NCBI GenBank assembly: GCA_012295275.1
Contig: CM022670.1
Coordinates: 29,388,001 to 29,452,000, forward strand
Direction: 5' to 3'
Source: Chrysomallon squamiferum
Lineage: Eukaryota; Animalia; Mollusca
DNA length: 64,000 nucleotides
The notes beneath the pieces are model-generated. The model ran no database searches, was not told the DNA's origin, and worked only from the letters and a program-made list of their open reading frames with translations. Shown here piece by piece: positions 12,649-26,140 of the stretch; within the stretch, counting starts at the first letter, position 1, and every line of letters begins with the position of its first letter. A program made the position numbers and the translations under genes.

Positions 12649-15242
12649 TTTTTTTTTTGCAAAAACACTATCTTTAAATAATCTTTTAATTTGTCTTTGA
12701 TATATTTCATATGAATATATATATTTTTTTGCTAAGTGTTAATGTCAGTATTATATTTATTGCCAGATTTATCAACTTAACGTTGGAACAGAATAAACCA
12801 GCAGGCTGAATAATTTACTTCGTTTTCCTACAGCAGACTTGATTTCCTCTCCTTTATCTTTTAAAATTTCAAATCTTTTTTTATCCACTTCTTTATTTCT
12901 GAAATGTTTTTTAAATAATGATAAAGCAAACCTTTTTATTTCAGTAATTTTATATTTTATTTTGTTTAATCAGTGGAAAGAAAAATATTAAAATATCTTA
13001 CTGACCAAGAGGAAAGTGCAGAGACACTGATAGACTTTTTAATGATTTTTTTTTTTATGCTTCTGTATTATTAATTAATTATTTATTTATTACTATTTTA
13101 ATTTTTTTTATGTTGCTATCTTTTTAAATTTTGTTTTAGGGCAAAAGTTAAATGCCTAAGGATTAAGATTAAAATGACTTATGTTGTTGTATTGACTGGA
13201 ATCTAAGTATATTTTATTTGTATTGTTTGGAAAAAGCTTTCTTTTTCTCATGTTATATTGTTATACCTAGATAAAAGGAAACTTTACTGATACTGATTAT
13301 GTGTCATCTTTTCTTTAAATTTGGGTTTTTGTGAAATGGAAAATCAAAAAATAATACATACATTAGTCAGATTATGCTGTGATTTTCTGTGTCTATAACT
13401 GTTAACTTAAATTTGTATGGTACATAACTTTTGCCCATAGACTATTCATCCTTGCAATTAAATGTAATGTTGTAGTGGCTATTAGAGTTTTTAAATATAA
13501 GCTATTCAGTTTCTTTATCATAGCAATACCAAGACTTACCTTCATTACTTTATACTTCTTTTCATGGCTGTGTAACTGTTGTGTATTTCTACTTATGTTG
13601 CACTGTTGCTAATTTTAAAGTTTCTGTTCACATACACATTTACACAGGCTGTATGTATATTCAGAAAAAAAGATAAAGAGTTGACTAATTAATATCTGTA
13701 TATTAATAGTGAAGAAATATTTATTAACTAATGAACAGGAATGAACTGTTTAATAGTTTTTGATTATTGATTACATGTTACTGATCCTGTGTAGTAAACT
13801 GAAAGTAAGGTAATAAATTAAACTGATATTGCATGGCTTTGCTTATTTCATGTTAAAAAATACTTGTATTTAATCTTGAAGCATGCAAACTTGATTCACA
13901 AAAAAATAAAAAAATAAAAAATAAAAATAAAGTAGATAAAAATAAAGTAGATAAAAATAAATAATAAAAAATAATAATAAATTATCATGAATGCCTGGAT
14001 TAACATTAATAACATTTATTTTTACAATTTTTGTAAAATAGTTTTCAAAACACTGTATTTTATTCTTAATCATCAGCTGAGTAGAAGATCATTTATAATT
14101 TCCATGTATTACTATTAGATTAAAAATAATAATTAGTAAAGAGTTATTATTAAGCTCATTAATTAGTTATTGGTTTTACAGTGATGATTATGATGAAAAT
14201 GAGATATTTATGTACATATTTATTTGTTACAATTATTATTAAAGATGTGTTTTCAGCAAATAATGCTTAATTTTCTTAAAGAATTTGGGCATTATAACTG
14301 TACATTATTTGATTTGAACTTCTGTTAAAATTAACAATTTCTTATTTAACATTTTTCTACCATTCTAATACAAAACTTTATATATTTTACAACTTCTATA
14401 CTTAAAAGTCATAATTGTATTTTTTTATTATTATTATTTTTTTAATACTTATTGTGAAGTCAATTATAAACTGAGTTATTTTTATTTTAGGATATCACTG
14501 GGATATTTCTGACTGGGCACCAAACCCATTTCTTCCCAACATCAGTGAAGTTCCTTCAAAGGAGGTTCCAGAGTCTCCAAGTTCAAGCAACCCAAGTCAT
14601 GACTCCAATACCAATGTGTGTCCAATAGAGACAGAACCAGAAGACCATAATGATGGCATAGATGATGGAATGATTACTGATGAACCTGACTACGTCGAAG
14701 ACTCAGAGTATGTGGGTGATTCTGAGTATGCAGATAATGAGTATGATCAGGAGGATCTGCCCCCCTGTTACGCAGATCATCCCAACTACCAGCAAATCCT
14801 GGCACTGCAGGACATGGAAGATCCCTATGAGTTGCCGAGCAACCTCCAAGTGCACCCTAATCACTATTTGCCTAATTACAGTTTTGGCAGCTATATGAGT
14901 CAGCCTCCTGACCTAACCACTGATGAAGAAAATGGGAATACTAGTGACAATCAGAATGATGATTACTATGACTACCAAAGACAGGCTGAGTCACAGACCT
15001 CCATGATGCCAGGCTACACAATGGAAAGTGACTGTAACACTGACCAAGAACAGTCAGCAGCATCCATGATGGATAACTTGAGCATGTCACATGGAGGCTA
15101 CACGTCCTCACATGCTTCATGTTCTGATATTTCTGCCTATTTGTGTGAGATAGAGGACAGTGAAATAAATGATATTGACAGTGATGGTGAAGATCAGTCT
15201 TCACAGCGACTCCTTTCTACATATTCACATACACAAGTGTGA
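1..15242 (+). CDS. FAT1: FAT1/FAT3/kugelei-type giant protocadherin, 3' part (5'-partial): last cadherin repeats, EGF, laminin G, EGF repeats, TM, cytoplasmic tail
   Basis: Frame-consistent GT-AG exons: 1-162, 571-785, 1233-1370, 1649-1792, 5361-6396, 6600-6773, 7103-7260, 7571-7976, 8136-8285, 8706-8882, 9274-9471, 9990-10123, 10449-10827, 11137-11319, 14491-15242. Cadherin motifs (LDYE, DVNDNAP, LDRE, DANDNPP), one LamG, EGF repeats, TM (GVGFGLILIAVIFVFC). Tail motifs typical of FAT1/3: PPPVPTRPASYTPS, GYHWDISDW, ASCSD..CEIEDSE and C-terminal PDZ ligand HTQV (vertebrate FAT1 HTEV). Probably a pro-orthologue of FAT1/2/3. Confidence 0.93.
858..888. repeat. (GT)n microsatellite
   Basis: Direct read; explains the spurious MCVCVCV ORF. 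Confidence 0.9.
3178..3198 (+). CDS. Candidate 21-nt alternative microexon of FAT (RSKLMDV)
   Basis: Pyrimidine tract and acceptor cttgttcctccaaacag, then AGATCCAAACTGATGGATGTA, then donor gtaagt. Phase 0/0 matches the flanking exons. GCATG at 3216 and TGCATG at 3239 downstream. Confidence 0.55.
3606..3810 (+). mobile_element. Decayed Nin-domain SINE fragment in a FAT intron
   Basis: ggctatttccca.tccagccagt...tgtggtatgtcttctcctgtc...tgcatataaaagattccttgctg resembles the conserved Nin SINE core of molluscs; recognised from memory, not searched. Confidence 0.6.
12030..12050 (+). CDS. Candidate 21-nt alternative microexon in the FAT cytoplasmic tail (ARRGKKK)
   Basis: TACTAAC at 11968-11974, pyrimidine tract, actttgcag|CAAGACGAGGGAAAAAGAAAG|gtagaa. 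Phase 1/1 matches the 11319 and 14491 junctions. TGCATG at 12111 and 12164. Confidence 0.65.
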
Positions 15243-15651
15243 GGCAGCCATACTGGACTTATAATCTCATTCTATCTTCTCTCAAACGAGTATGATGAAC
15301 AAATCACTGAGATTTGCAAATCATTGTTACATGAGTTTAATGACATAAAAATAACAGTGTATCTTTTTCACTGATACTGTTGACAGTCCAAGTAACAAAA
15401 TCAAATCAAAACAAAAATAAATAAATAAACAATCAAATACCATGAAAAAACAAAAACAACAACAAAACAAATCTTGTACATACACAGAAATAAAACAGAA
15501 AAACCAGTGACTGGTGTATGAGGACAATTCAGTACAATGCCAAGAACCAGAGCTCTGTTATGGATAACTGGTTGTGAAATCTTTTTTTTCTAAATTTTTT
15601 GTTCTTTTTTTTAAATGCATTTATTTTCATCATGCATTAGCTGTCACAAAA

Positions 15652-15685
<34 letters not shown>

Positions 15686-18600
15686 TTTATAAATAGCACT
15701 GACATCAAAAAGAAAATTGGAGCATCTACTTGTAATTTTTTTGTGATATTTGAAACTAGTACCAGTGGTCTGATGATTGTTGTATATTTCACTGTTATTT
15801 TGTGTTTTATTCAGAGATGCTGTTGATCATATACCTCTCACATTTGGTTGTGATTCATTTTTTGCTAATGTCATGCTGGGCTATGCCATGGCTAATTTGG
15901 TGCTTTACATATTATTATAATAATGTCTTTCACCTTAGAAGATAAAGTAAATTCACTGTGAGTGTAGAGTCAAATAATTTTTTTGTTTTTACTTCAGAAT
16001 CATTTCATTTTTTTTTTCTCTAAAAAAACAAACATTTTCTACTCTATTATACTGAAAATTTTAGGAACTTGTGGTGCAAAAGGTGATGTTATTTCTTTTC
16101 AAAAAATGGCTTCTTTATAAAAAATCTATAATCAGTTCATATATTTAATCAGCTTTTTATATATTTCGGTTTTTTCTTTCTTTTTCCATTATATTTGAAT
16201 AAACTGAAAAATGATTCAATATATCACATTTGTCTCTTTTGTAAATAATTACTATAAATATTCTTAATGCATCAAACCTTGTAACAGTTTTTTTTTTTTA
16301 CTTTAAAGCATTACACAACAAATGAATACAAGCTACACAGAAAAAAAAAGATAGAAAGCCAAGTTTAATATATAAACTGTGCCTTTCCCTTGACAGCCAT
16401 TTTGTTTTAGCATTTTTGTTCTGATCAGGGAAACAACTGACAATACAGGTTTCTGCTTTATTGTTGAAAATTAGATTATGTATATGTAATAACTTCGTAT
16501 AAATACATATATGTTAATTTTTGTATATCAGATACTAAATCAGAACCTTCATTTATTTATTTCATTGTTATTATATATATACATATTTTTTTTTTTTTTT
16601 AACTTACTTTGTTCAAAAAACGTAATAGCTCACTGACTGAATTGGTGGATCTGAATGTTAACCAGAGCAAAGAAAACTGATATTTTCATTTATTTTAATT
16701 CAGTTTATGTAAATTAGGATTTTGACTTCATTTTCCAAGAGAGCGTACAGTCACTTCATGTCATTTATAAATTTTATAAATTTGTTTTTAAAGCATCAGA
16801 CAAGAGCTTCACATCTACTTTTATTGTGACATTTGTTTATAAATAAACTTTATTTATGGAATTATTATTATTGTTGACCTTCTTAACCTTTTATTTTTTA
16901 GTGACCAAAGATTTAAAACATGATTTGTATAAACACTGTATTTATATTGTCACAGCACTAGATTTCTGTATAATACACTTTTACATTATGTTATTACTTT
17001 AAAATAATTTAAAATGATACCATAACTCTTGAACAAAAGAAACAATGCCAAACTGTAATTTTGATATTAATAAAGAAAAGTACTACATATTAGAATAAAT
17101 TTTAATTCTGTGAACTTAACATGACAGTTAAAACTAACATGTGATTATTTATTTAGAATTTTAAAATTATTTGTTTATTTATTTTATTTTTAAAATATGT
17201 TTCATAGTCTTCTTTATTAAAATTAAAATATTAATATCAAATAGTTCGTTTGCCCAGGAGTATATATTTAAATGCTATTGTCAGATGAAATCACTGATTT
17301 CTTAATAAACTTTTGTCTTGAAAAGCACCATTATGATTATACACCAATAGTGGATATCCACACTGTGTTAATGTAGATACAAAATTAAAAAAAGAATTCC
17401 TAGATGAAATACAACTGCTAGATTTCACCCCCCAAAAAAAATCTGATAATAAGTTAAAGAAAAAAAAAAAAAGGTTGTTGGGAGGGTGGATTCTGTGTTC
17501 CAGTGTTTATCAGTGGCGACCATAGTGGGACAGTAGTGGAGTAAGATTATGTATGAACAATAAATATTTTTAAAATGGAAAGTAATACTTTTTAATATTC
17601 ATGTCAGACATTTATTTTGTTGTAAATATCTGTCTATATTTTGAGTTTGTGGCAGCATAGTATAAAAGAGGAATTTGTATAAAATAATTGTATATGATGC
17701 TCAACAGATATTTAATTGCCTTCAGATTGTACTTTGTTAATAATAACCAGTTCCCACTGAATGTGGTCACAGAAATATGTTAAAAACATATTTGGTGGCA
17801 ATTTGTTGCTCTGAAGAAGTCTGGAACCCTGACAGCTTTGATAACAACAGTAATGTGTATTTAATATTTTAAAAATATGAATCTTTACAATCACTCCTAA
17901 TTTACATTATTATTATTATTATTAATAATTTAAAACAAACAAAAAAAATTATTTTTTTTTTTTTATTATTTTGTAAATTTTTATCATATTCCTCAAACAT
18001 GAAAAAAGTTCATTTTAATTTTTTTTTTTAATTGGTAATTGAAAATTGCAAACAATTATGTCTTTAAAATATATTTATTTTCAGAAGTTAACATAATTTT
18101 AGAGCAAATTTTTTATGACTAAATCTACATTTTGATTTTATTTATTAAATTATTAATCATTCATTACCAAAATCGTATCATCACAATGGTTTTATAAGAT
18201 TTTTCGGCTTTATTTATTTATTTATTTATTTATTTTTAATATTATATTTTACATTTTCATATACATTTTCATATTCATTTTTGAAATATATTACTGGTTT
18301 GTAATTTGTTGCAAAAAAATGTGATTTAAAAAAGCATTTTTATACATATATTTCTTGGAGTGTATTTTTTAGTTGACCATTCCTTATAAAACAAGCTGGT
18401 AATCATACATTTTATTTTCCACATCAGGTATAAGAAAATAATTATTTAATTATACTGGAGGCATATATCATGGAGGCAGCCAAATGTAAGTTGCAGACAT
18501 TAATTATTTTAGTTTCAATGTTGAGTATGTTGATACAGATTGACGACGAAAATAAATATAATGTGAATAATGGTGTACAAAGTCATGATAATTAACTAAC

Positions 18601-18850
18601 CTGACAAATATAAATGTAGTGATTTGCAAATGACAGATAACTGCATGCTATATTTTAATTTACTGTGAGTGTGTATATATTTGCCATGTCCAATACTATT
18701 TTATGGTGTTGTCTGTGATTGTATGTGGAAATAGCTTCAGGTTTTCAAGTTTTTATTTTTTAACAGTTTTTTGAGGATGAATATTCTATGACAGCATTTT
18801 GATATGCTAAAAGAAATAAATACATATGAAAGCCACAAAGTATTATTGTT
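15243..18850 (+). other. Probable long FAT 3' UTR
   Basis: AU-rich with no credible ORF. Pumilio-type TGTA(A/T)ATA at about 16240, 17621 and 18672. AATAAA at 18815 is followed by a GT-rich tract; the true end is uncertain. Confidence 0.35.
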
Positions 18851-19418
18851 GTTTTACACATTACTAATACAGACGTTTTCATACTTCAGCTTTTCCAGTT
18901 GAAGTCACAGCTATCCAAGCCTGATATTGAACTGAATAATAAATTTAAAAAATATATTAATATCTGTAGTTATAAACACATTATTCCTTAACTACATGAA
19001 ATTAACTTCTAATCGTCAAGAATTTTAATGGATTTGTATGCAAAAGAAAGTGTGTGTGTGTGTAACCTGTAATGTTTCACACATCCTAGTACTGTCTATA
19101 AAAGACATGATATATATCTGACTTTTGAAAATGCTTTTTACCTCTAGCACTCGACAAAGAATTTTTATTACAGGAGGTATGTTAAACTAATAGTTCAGAA
19201 ACGATGTTGCATAATGATGTTCACATTAATACTAGATCTTACAAATAAAAAGATGAGTTGTGTTCATGCACTGTGAGACTTAAAATGTCTGCTTGTGATT
19301 TATTTTCTGCAGGACATTGTTTTATAGGCAAGAATTGCCACGGTTTGGATGCCTTAATTATAAAAACAACAGCAAAAAGACTAAATTAATAAATGTTTGT
19401 TTTATAATGATTGCTAGG

Positions 19419-19449
<31 letters not shown>

Positions 19450-20091
19450 AAAAGAAGTGGTATTATTTATTTAATACATAGGAAAAAGCAGTCCTCACTT
19501 TAACAAGAATTAGGAATAAATTCGAATTGTTCACACCGTTTGTGTTTGTGTGTGTCTGATGGTATACATCATTATCAGTGATAATTTGATTTTCTTGGTT
19601 GTGATTTCATTTATTTATGTATCCATTGCTTTTTTAAACAGTCAGAAATTACACTATACTTTGACTTAAACTGGTGTAAACCAATAAAAAGATCATAAAA
19701 TAAAGATCTGACCATAAATCCATAGGACCCTTTTAGAATTTATCACCTTATTTGCCAGCATAATTACTTTTCCCTATCAGCTGTACATTCGTCCTTCCTT
19801 TCCTCTCCATTTTTGTTTTTCTTTTTAAATCTTTGTTTCAAAGGTTCAGTACCTTTTTCGTTGTTACTTAAAAATCTTTTATACAAAAACACACACTTGA
19901 CCAAAAATGCATTCCCAGACACACTCCGTGTCCGTAAGACTGCTTACATGCAGAAACATAACAAATAATTATAGCATACAAGGGCAGATCTGTTATGAAA
20001 CTTATGAAATTTAAACTTTTTTTTTTGACCATACTGCTTCAAAATTTTAATGCGAATCTCAGATACGTGGTTAAATAATAGATAAATAAAT

Positions 20092-20480
20092 AGGGTAAGG
20101 TGGGATAATTCTGGTCCCCAGGGTGTATTATAACTTACAGCCACTATACCGTTCTGTCCAGATTTCTGGAACTTTGTTGATATAAACAGAACCTTCCTAT
20201 CTCTCATTAGAACAAAGGATGTAGGTAATCAGCCATTTAGACGTGGACTATAGTGGCCATGAAATCAACTTGGTTGTAAAAAAAGTGCATTTTAAGGTTT
20301 CAAAAGTGGGTGTTATTTTTTTTTAGTTCTATAGACATAAGATTAGTGGTAAGTTATAACAGGTAAACATAAAATCAGCTATTAAGTTCAGCAGAAAAAA
20401 CTTGATTAATATGTGGTAATTAGGCAAGGAGTATGTGTTTTATTTCACTTTACCATTTGGGACAATTCTGGCCCCCATAT
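20092..20480. mobile_element. Possible DNA transposon remnant
   Basis: Imperfect direct repeat TGGGATAATTCTGGTCCCCA (about 20101) and TGGGACAATTCTGGCCCCCA (about 20458), resembling subterminal repeats; no matching opposite end found. Confidence 0.25.
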
Positions 20481-22068
20481 GTGGTGGTGAAATCAATAGT
20501 TTTGGCATTGATATAGTACATTCTAAGTTTCAGTTAAGTTGATGATGGCATGAATTCTGAGTTCATGGGATGTGATGAGTGCCCAAATTGGTATTGTCTT
20601 GATCCTTATGCAAAGCTGGTGCAGACTTGAAAGATATTGTATTCTTGTGTGATTTTTATCAAGAGGTTTAGTTTATTGAAGTTTTGAATCTGACATGTAT
20701 TATTATTAGGACTAACTATTATTAGTAGTAGACAATGATTACTTAGCAGTAATCAGTACAACAAATTTGTTTATCCAGACCTCGCTGCTGCTTGCGAATG
20801 GCTCAAAATGCAGTTCTGTCGTTGAACATGTTTTCTGATTTGACAGATTTCTCGTTTACTAAGATCCTGTTTTAAGTGAATTCACATATGTCTATAATCA
20901 TGATTTTAGTTATACCAGTTGTGTTTGTACTACATGTTTAAGGGAAAAAAACTTAATTGTAATCAGGTCCATCGAGGAGGTCTTGTCCTGACCAAAGCTC
21001 TAAATCCTAGTCCACCATAATGAAAATGGGTATTTTATGACTGTCTGTGACTGACAATGTGCCTGTCGAAGACACAGCTTGCTCCGATTAGCACTCACAC
21101 TCAGTGTTCACTCGACCAAACACAATGCACACGTAAATATATTATTACTAAATGGATATCATTACAAAACAGTGAGCAAGTTATTACATAACTGGTTCTT
21201 ACTACTAAATAGACAATGCAAAATGTATGTAATATTTTAATTCGACTTCCTTACGTTAACAAATCGTTGTGCGGTTAACAAACTACTTCCATGCAGCAAT
21301 AGACTAGGTGTTTTGTTTTGTTACAAATATAATAATAATAATAATAATAAGTGAATGATGAATAAAATGAAATGAAATAAAACAATGTGGGAAAAAAGAA
21401 AACGAAAACGATTACTTTTCATGTACCACTATTTGCCATGTTGATAATGGCTTAGCCCTTTACTTTGAACTAAGTCACGTGCGTCGTAACATTTTCTTAG
21501 TTTGGTGATGATTTTCAAGACAAGGAAAAAATGTACCTGATTATTGCAGTTTAAAAAACAACAACGTCCGACTGTTTACTACAAACTATTGTACGCTTCA
21601 ACTACATTATGAATACCAAGCAATATTCAAATGTTTTCATTATTATTTTTCTTTTACGGAAGCTATCAGCTATTGATCATCCTTTCGTCATTTGAGAATT
21701 TATAAGCCCTATAGCAAACAGTAGAAACAAAGTTATTCAAAGTCATTATTTTGAGGTGCAGTTAGAAATATTTTAGTGATATTTTATCCAGAAATCTGTT
21801 TAATGAATATTATTGTCCAGCGGCTTCTGTTTTGTGTTCTGACTTTCGGCGACTTTGTCCTGGATCCGTAAATAATAACACTATATACAGATGTGCTTTA
21901 ATAAATAAGTTAACTTAATTCGAGAATAATTTTAATCTTAAAGTATAGTAATTATATTTTTGTAGTTTCAGAGAGGTGTGAACAAATATGATTTTTTTTT
22001 TTTTTTTTTTTTATGGCGAAAGTGCAATGAAAATGAAGCGCCAACTCTGGTATTTAAGCAAATTAGGG

Positions 22069-22121
22069 CACATGTCCACGTGGTAATGTTTGTAGGGGGC
22101 ACTGCAAGTCATGTGACGTCA
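22069..22121 (+). promoter_or_regulatory. E-box/CLEAR/M-box and CRE cluster in the RING ligase promoter
   Basis: CACATG at 22069, CACGTG at 22077, GTCATGTGAC at 22108-22117 overlapping TGACGTCA at 22114-22121; another GTCACGTG at 21474; locally CpG-rich. Confidence 0.5.
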
Positions 22122-22354
22122 CACCCAAACAAGGTTGTGGAAATAAGGGCAAGTGTGCGAGATATGTTTTGTACGTAAACTTCTTTGTTTTCGTAGTTCT
22201 CTTGTTATAAGATGAAGATATATCAACTACATCGTTTCTCATCGTGATCAGCATTCGGATTTTTCTGTTCGTGAAAGAAATGTGGTATTTTGAGACAGGT
22301 TTATTCATTTGCGGCTTGTTTTCTCTAGTGTCAAATTATCCAAAATGGCCGCCC

Positions 22355-25300
22355 ATGAGGAAAATGACAGTTCTTAGAACAATATTTATTACGCTTATTT
22401 TAACCAACGTGGTTTTAGGAGAAGATTATCAGAGAACCAGTAGTGAATATTATACTGCCATAATAAGTCTGGCGACCAAAGACCAAACCAATACAACTAA
22501 ACTTGATCCAAGTGAAGAAATAAATGGTAAATACTCGCCGAATAGCAAACCAGAGCCAATTGTTGGTTTAGTAGTCTTGGCTAAAGATCACAATAATAAA
22601 ACAAATGGATGTAGACCATATAGCATTCAGTTACCTCACGAAACCTGGATTGCTCTTGTATCAAGAGGAGAATGCTCTTTTACAGAAAAGATTAGACTGG
22701 CAACAGTTACGTACAACGCGTCTGCAATAGTAATTTCTAATGTTCGTAATGATGAAACTAACACTGGGCCCAAAGATGTTGCAGTCATGGAACATAAACG
22801 TATGTACTGTAACATTTTTCAATTAGTTGTTTAGAATATAGTTTAATACGTATATTATGTAAATCATGTTTGTAAATATACTGTAATAACTAATAATAGT
22901 TGTGTAATAGTAGATACATTAGTCTACAGGTGTCAATTTTTGTAAGGATAATCTGAATTAGGCATCAACTTGAAACGTACACATATGAATATAAATAAAT
23001 GTTTCAATAATTGGTTGGTGTTTTTTGTGTTTTTTCTTTCTCTCTGTCTCTCTCTTATAATGAGTACATATGTCACTCACGATCACTTTGTGTACTTTTT
23101 TGAAATTATTTTTAAGTCAAATTAATAAGTATACATTTTTTACAGTTCCAGAAAGTGTTGCAGTTGCAATATCTGAGATGGATGGAAATCACATATTGAG
23201 ACTGATAGACTCTAATTTCAAAGTATACATGAATATCACCAAAGGATCACTGCAGCACCTTTCAAACACACAAACAAGCATCAGCAAAACCTCTGTGTTA
23301 TTTGTCTCCATATCTTTCATTGTTCTTATGATTATCTCCCTTGCCTGGCTAGTATTTTATTACATTCAACGATTCAGATATGCTCATGCCAAAGAAAGAT
23401 TAGCTGTAAGTATCAAATACTTGTTTTATATGTTTGTTGAAATATAATAATTATTTTTGAAATAATTTTCTTTTAACCACTGCATCTTTAAGATAAATAG
23501 TAATTGATTTTATTTGTAAATATGTTTTTTTAATTAATAATTATATAAACACATTAGCATTATTTTTATTTATCTATTTCTTTTAATCCTTTTTTCCTTA
23601 TTATTATTTGATTACTGTTTCATTATTTAAAAAATTTCAGATATTGCCAAAAATAATTTTCACATGGCTATTTTATACATTTTTGTAATAATTTGGATTT
23701 GTATTCTGCCAAAAAAATTTTAATCACTATTTTAATAGAATAAATAACTCTAGACTTTATTAACCAATAAAAATATTTAAATCATAAATTTATTAAATGA
23801 CTTTCACTGAAAGTAAAACAAATCAATTAATATTCAGAAAGCATATGAGACAGCTGCAACCAAATACTGATTATTTTTTCTTGAACCATGTTCAATCCAG
23901 GAAATTTAAATAGTTAAGATGTGCTAATTCTAAGCAAAAATAATGTTGTTAATAAACATATCCTCTATACTATATACTGAACAAAAAAAGTAATTTATTA
24001 ATGTTAGTTATGGAGGCTTAATATTAGTGTTCTTAATGTTACTAATATTAATTTAATAACACATAATAACTGATTATAATGTATTTTCTTTGAGTTAAAC
24101 ATATAATTTATTTTCACACCTTTGAAAGTAAAATGGTCCATATGCATTAAACTATAAAAAAATGTTTTTAGTATCTTTAATTTGTAACATTATTGTTTTG
24201 TTATTTTTCAGAGAAGACTTGCAAGTGCTGCCAAAAAGGCAATAGCAAAGATACCACAAAAAAATATTAAAACTGGAGATAAAGTAAGAAAAACATTAAT
24301 TAATATCTTACTCTGTTAATAAAGGTGACTAATTAAAACCATTTTATGAATATATTATGGTCAGTATACCACATGTACAAAATTATTGATACATGTTTAA
24401 TTAAAATAGTTTTTAAAGTTCTGTTATGTTATGCTTCCAGTTTATTAATTATATAGAGCTGATCATTATTTTCCCTTTACTGTGTTAAAATGATATATAA
24501 TATTTGTGAAGTCATGTACTCTAAATTCGGATTTATGATGAATGACTAATGATAATTATTTTATTATTTTTTATTTTTTTTTGCTTACTGCCCATGTATA
24601 TTGATTACATGAGGATAATGCTCAGTATTATAGTCAGTATATCATGATAATGGCAAAAATATTATAATGAAATAGGTTATCAAATTAAAATAATGATTTT
24701 ATTTCAGGAGCTGGACTCTGACATGGACCAGTGTGCTGTGTGCATTGAAGGATACAAAGCACATGATGTTATCAGAACATTGCCTTGCAAGTTAGTGAAA
24801 TATGCTTTGAATATACTGCAGTACAGATAATCACATTTGGATAATATTAGTTGAATTAAAAAACAGGAATCTGTAGCTTTATTTCAAATTAAATTTACAA
24901 ATAGTACACCATATTATAATATTATATATGATAGATTATTATTACTTGTATTAAACATATTTTAATCTGTTTTGTTTTTATTGTTAAAAGATATTTGGCT
25001 AAAAAGGTTACAGAAACATTTAACCTTGGTGAGTAATTAAAATATTTAATAAATGACTTATACATTTTAATGATTATTTATTTAGGCACATATTTCACAA
25101 ATCATGTGTTGATCCTTGGCTTCTAGACCAACGAAGTTGCCCTATGTGTAAACTGGATATACTTAGAGCTTATGGAATGCATGTAAGTAACAAAGTTAAA
25201 TACTTCTTTATTTTAAAAGAACAAAATGTTATTTACAAAATACATTTAACATTCAAATACATTTTTACAGCCAAATAAATGTTGACTCTTGATTATTTTT

Positions 25301-26140
25301 ATCAAATTACTGGGTTTGATGAATATCTATATTAATATAATTTTTCTGTTGGATTGATAATTACAGATATCTAGAGCAGGTATTTTTGTTAAATTAAACT
25401 AAGATTTTGCATGATTGGTTATTTTTGTTTTTAAAACATTGTTTAAACCAGTTATATTTGTGTGTTAGGTTGGAGGCAGTACAGATAGTGTTCATCCTGA
25501 TGGAGAAAGTGGCACAGCATCTGGACCAGCAGTGGAAGACCTGGAGCCATCGTCAACAGCAGATGACCAAACAGAAGCTGAAGTGAAAATTCTGCTTCTT
25601 CCACAACATGTTTGTTTCCACCAAGGGGAGACAAGTGCAGGGAGACAGTCCAGTATCGATTCAAGTCATGAAACAAACTGTAGCAGCAGAGATGATGTTG
25701 CACCTTGCAGTGATTCGGATTCCACTGATTTGCAGTCAGTGATTACAAATTTTACAGGAAGCAAGATGTCTGATCGATGTTCTAATCCTCAGAGAAAGGA
25801 CTCAGGTTCAGAATATGCAGAAAGTCAGTCTCTAATAGCAGAATGTTCGGGTGGAGAAGACTCAAGCAAATGTGCTAGCCTGCATCGCAAGGACTCGGAT
25901 GAAACTGATGCCCAGTCTTTGGTGGTAGAGTGCTCAGGAGGTGAGGATTCCAATAAGTGTTCTGATCATCAGTCCGAGGATAATATTAGGAAATTCTGTT
26001 ATGCAGGAAAACGATCACTCCGACGTAACTCATCAAGACAAAAAAGAAATTTAGATTCAAATAGTGGTGAACATCAGTCACTGATGGATGAGTGCATGAA
26101 TAGCCATTCAAAGAGAAAAGATTTTAATTCTGAAATATAG
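22355..26140 (+). CDS. RNF150: PA-TM-RING E3 ubiquitin ligase, Goliath/RNF130/RNF150 family
   Basis: Exons 22355-22799 (alternative in-frame ATG at 22280), 23146-23405, 24212-24283, 24708-24790, 25086-25182, 25469-26140. Signal peptide [22 protein letters not shown]; PA domain ([16 protein letters not shown]); [39 protein letters not shown]; RING-H2 [34 protein letters not shown]. Confidence 0.92.
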
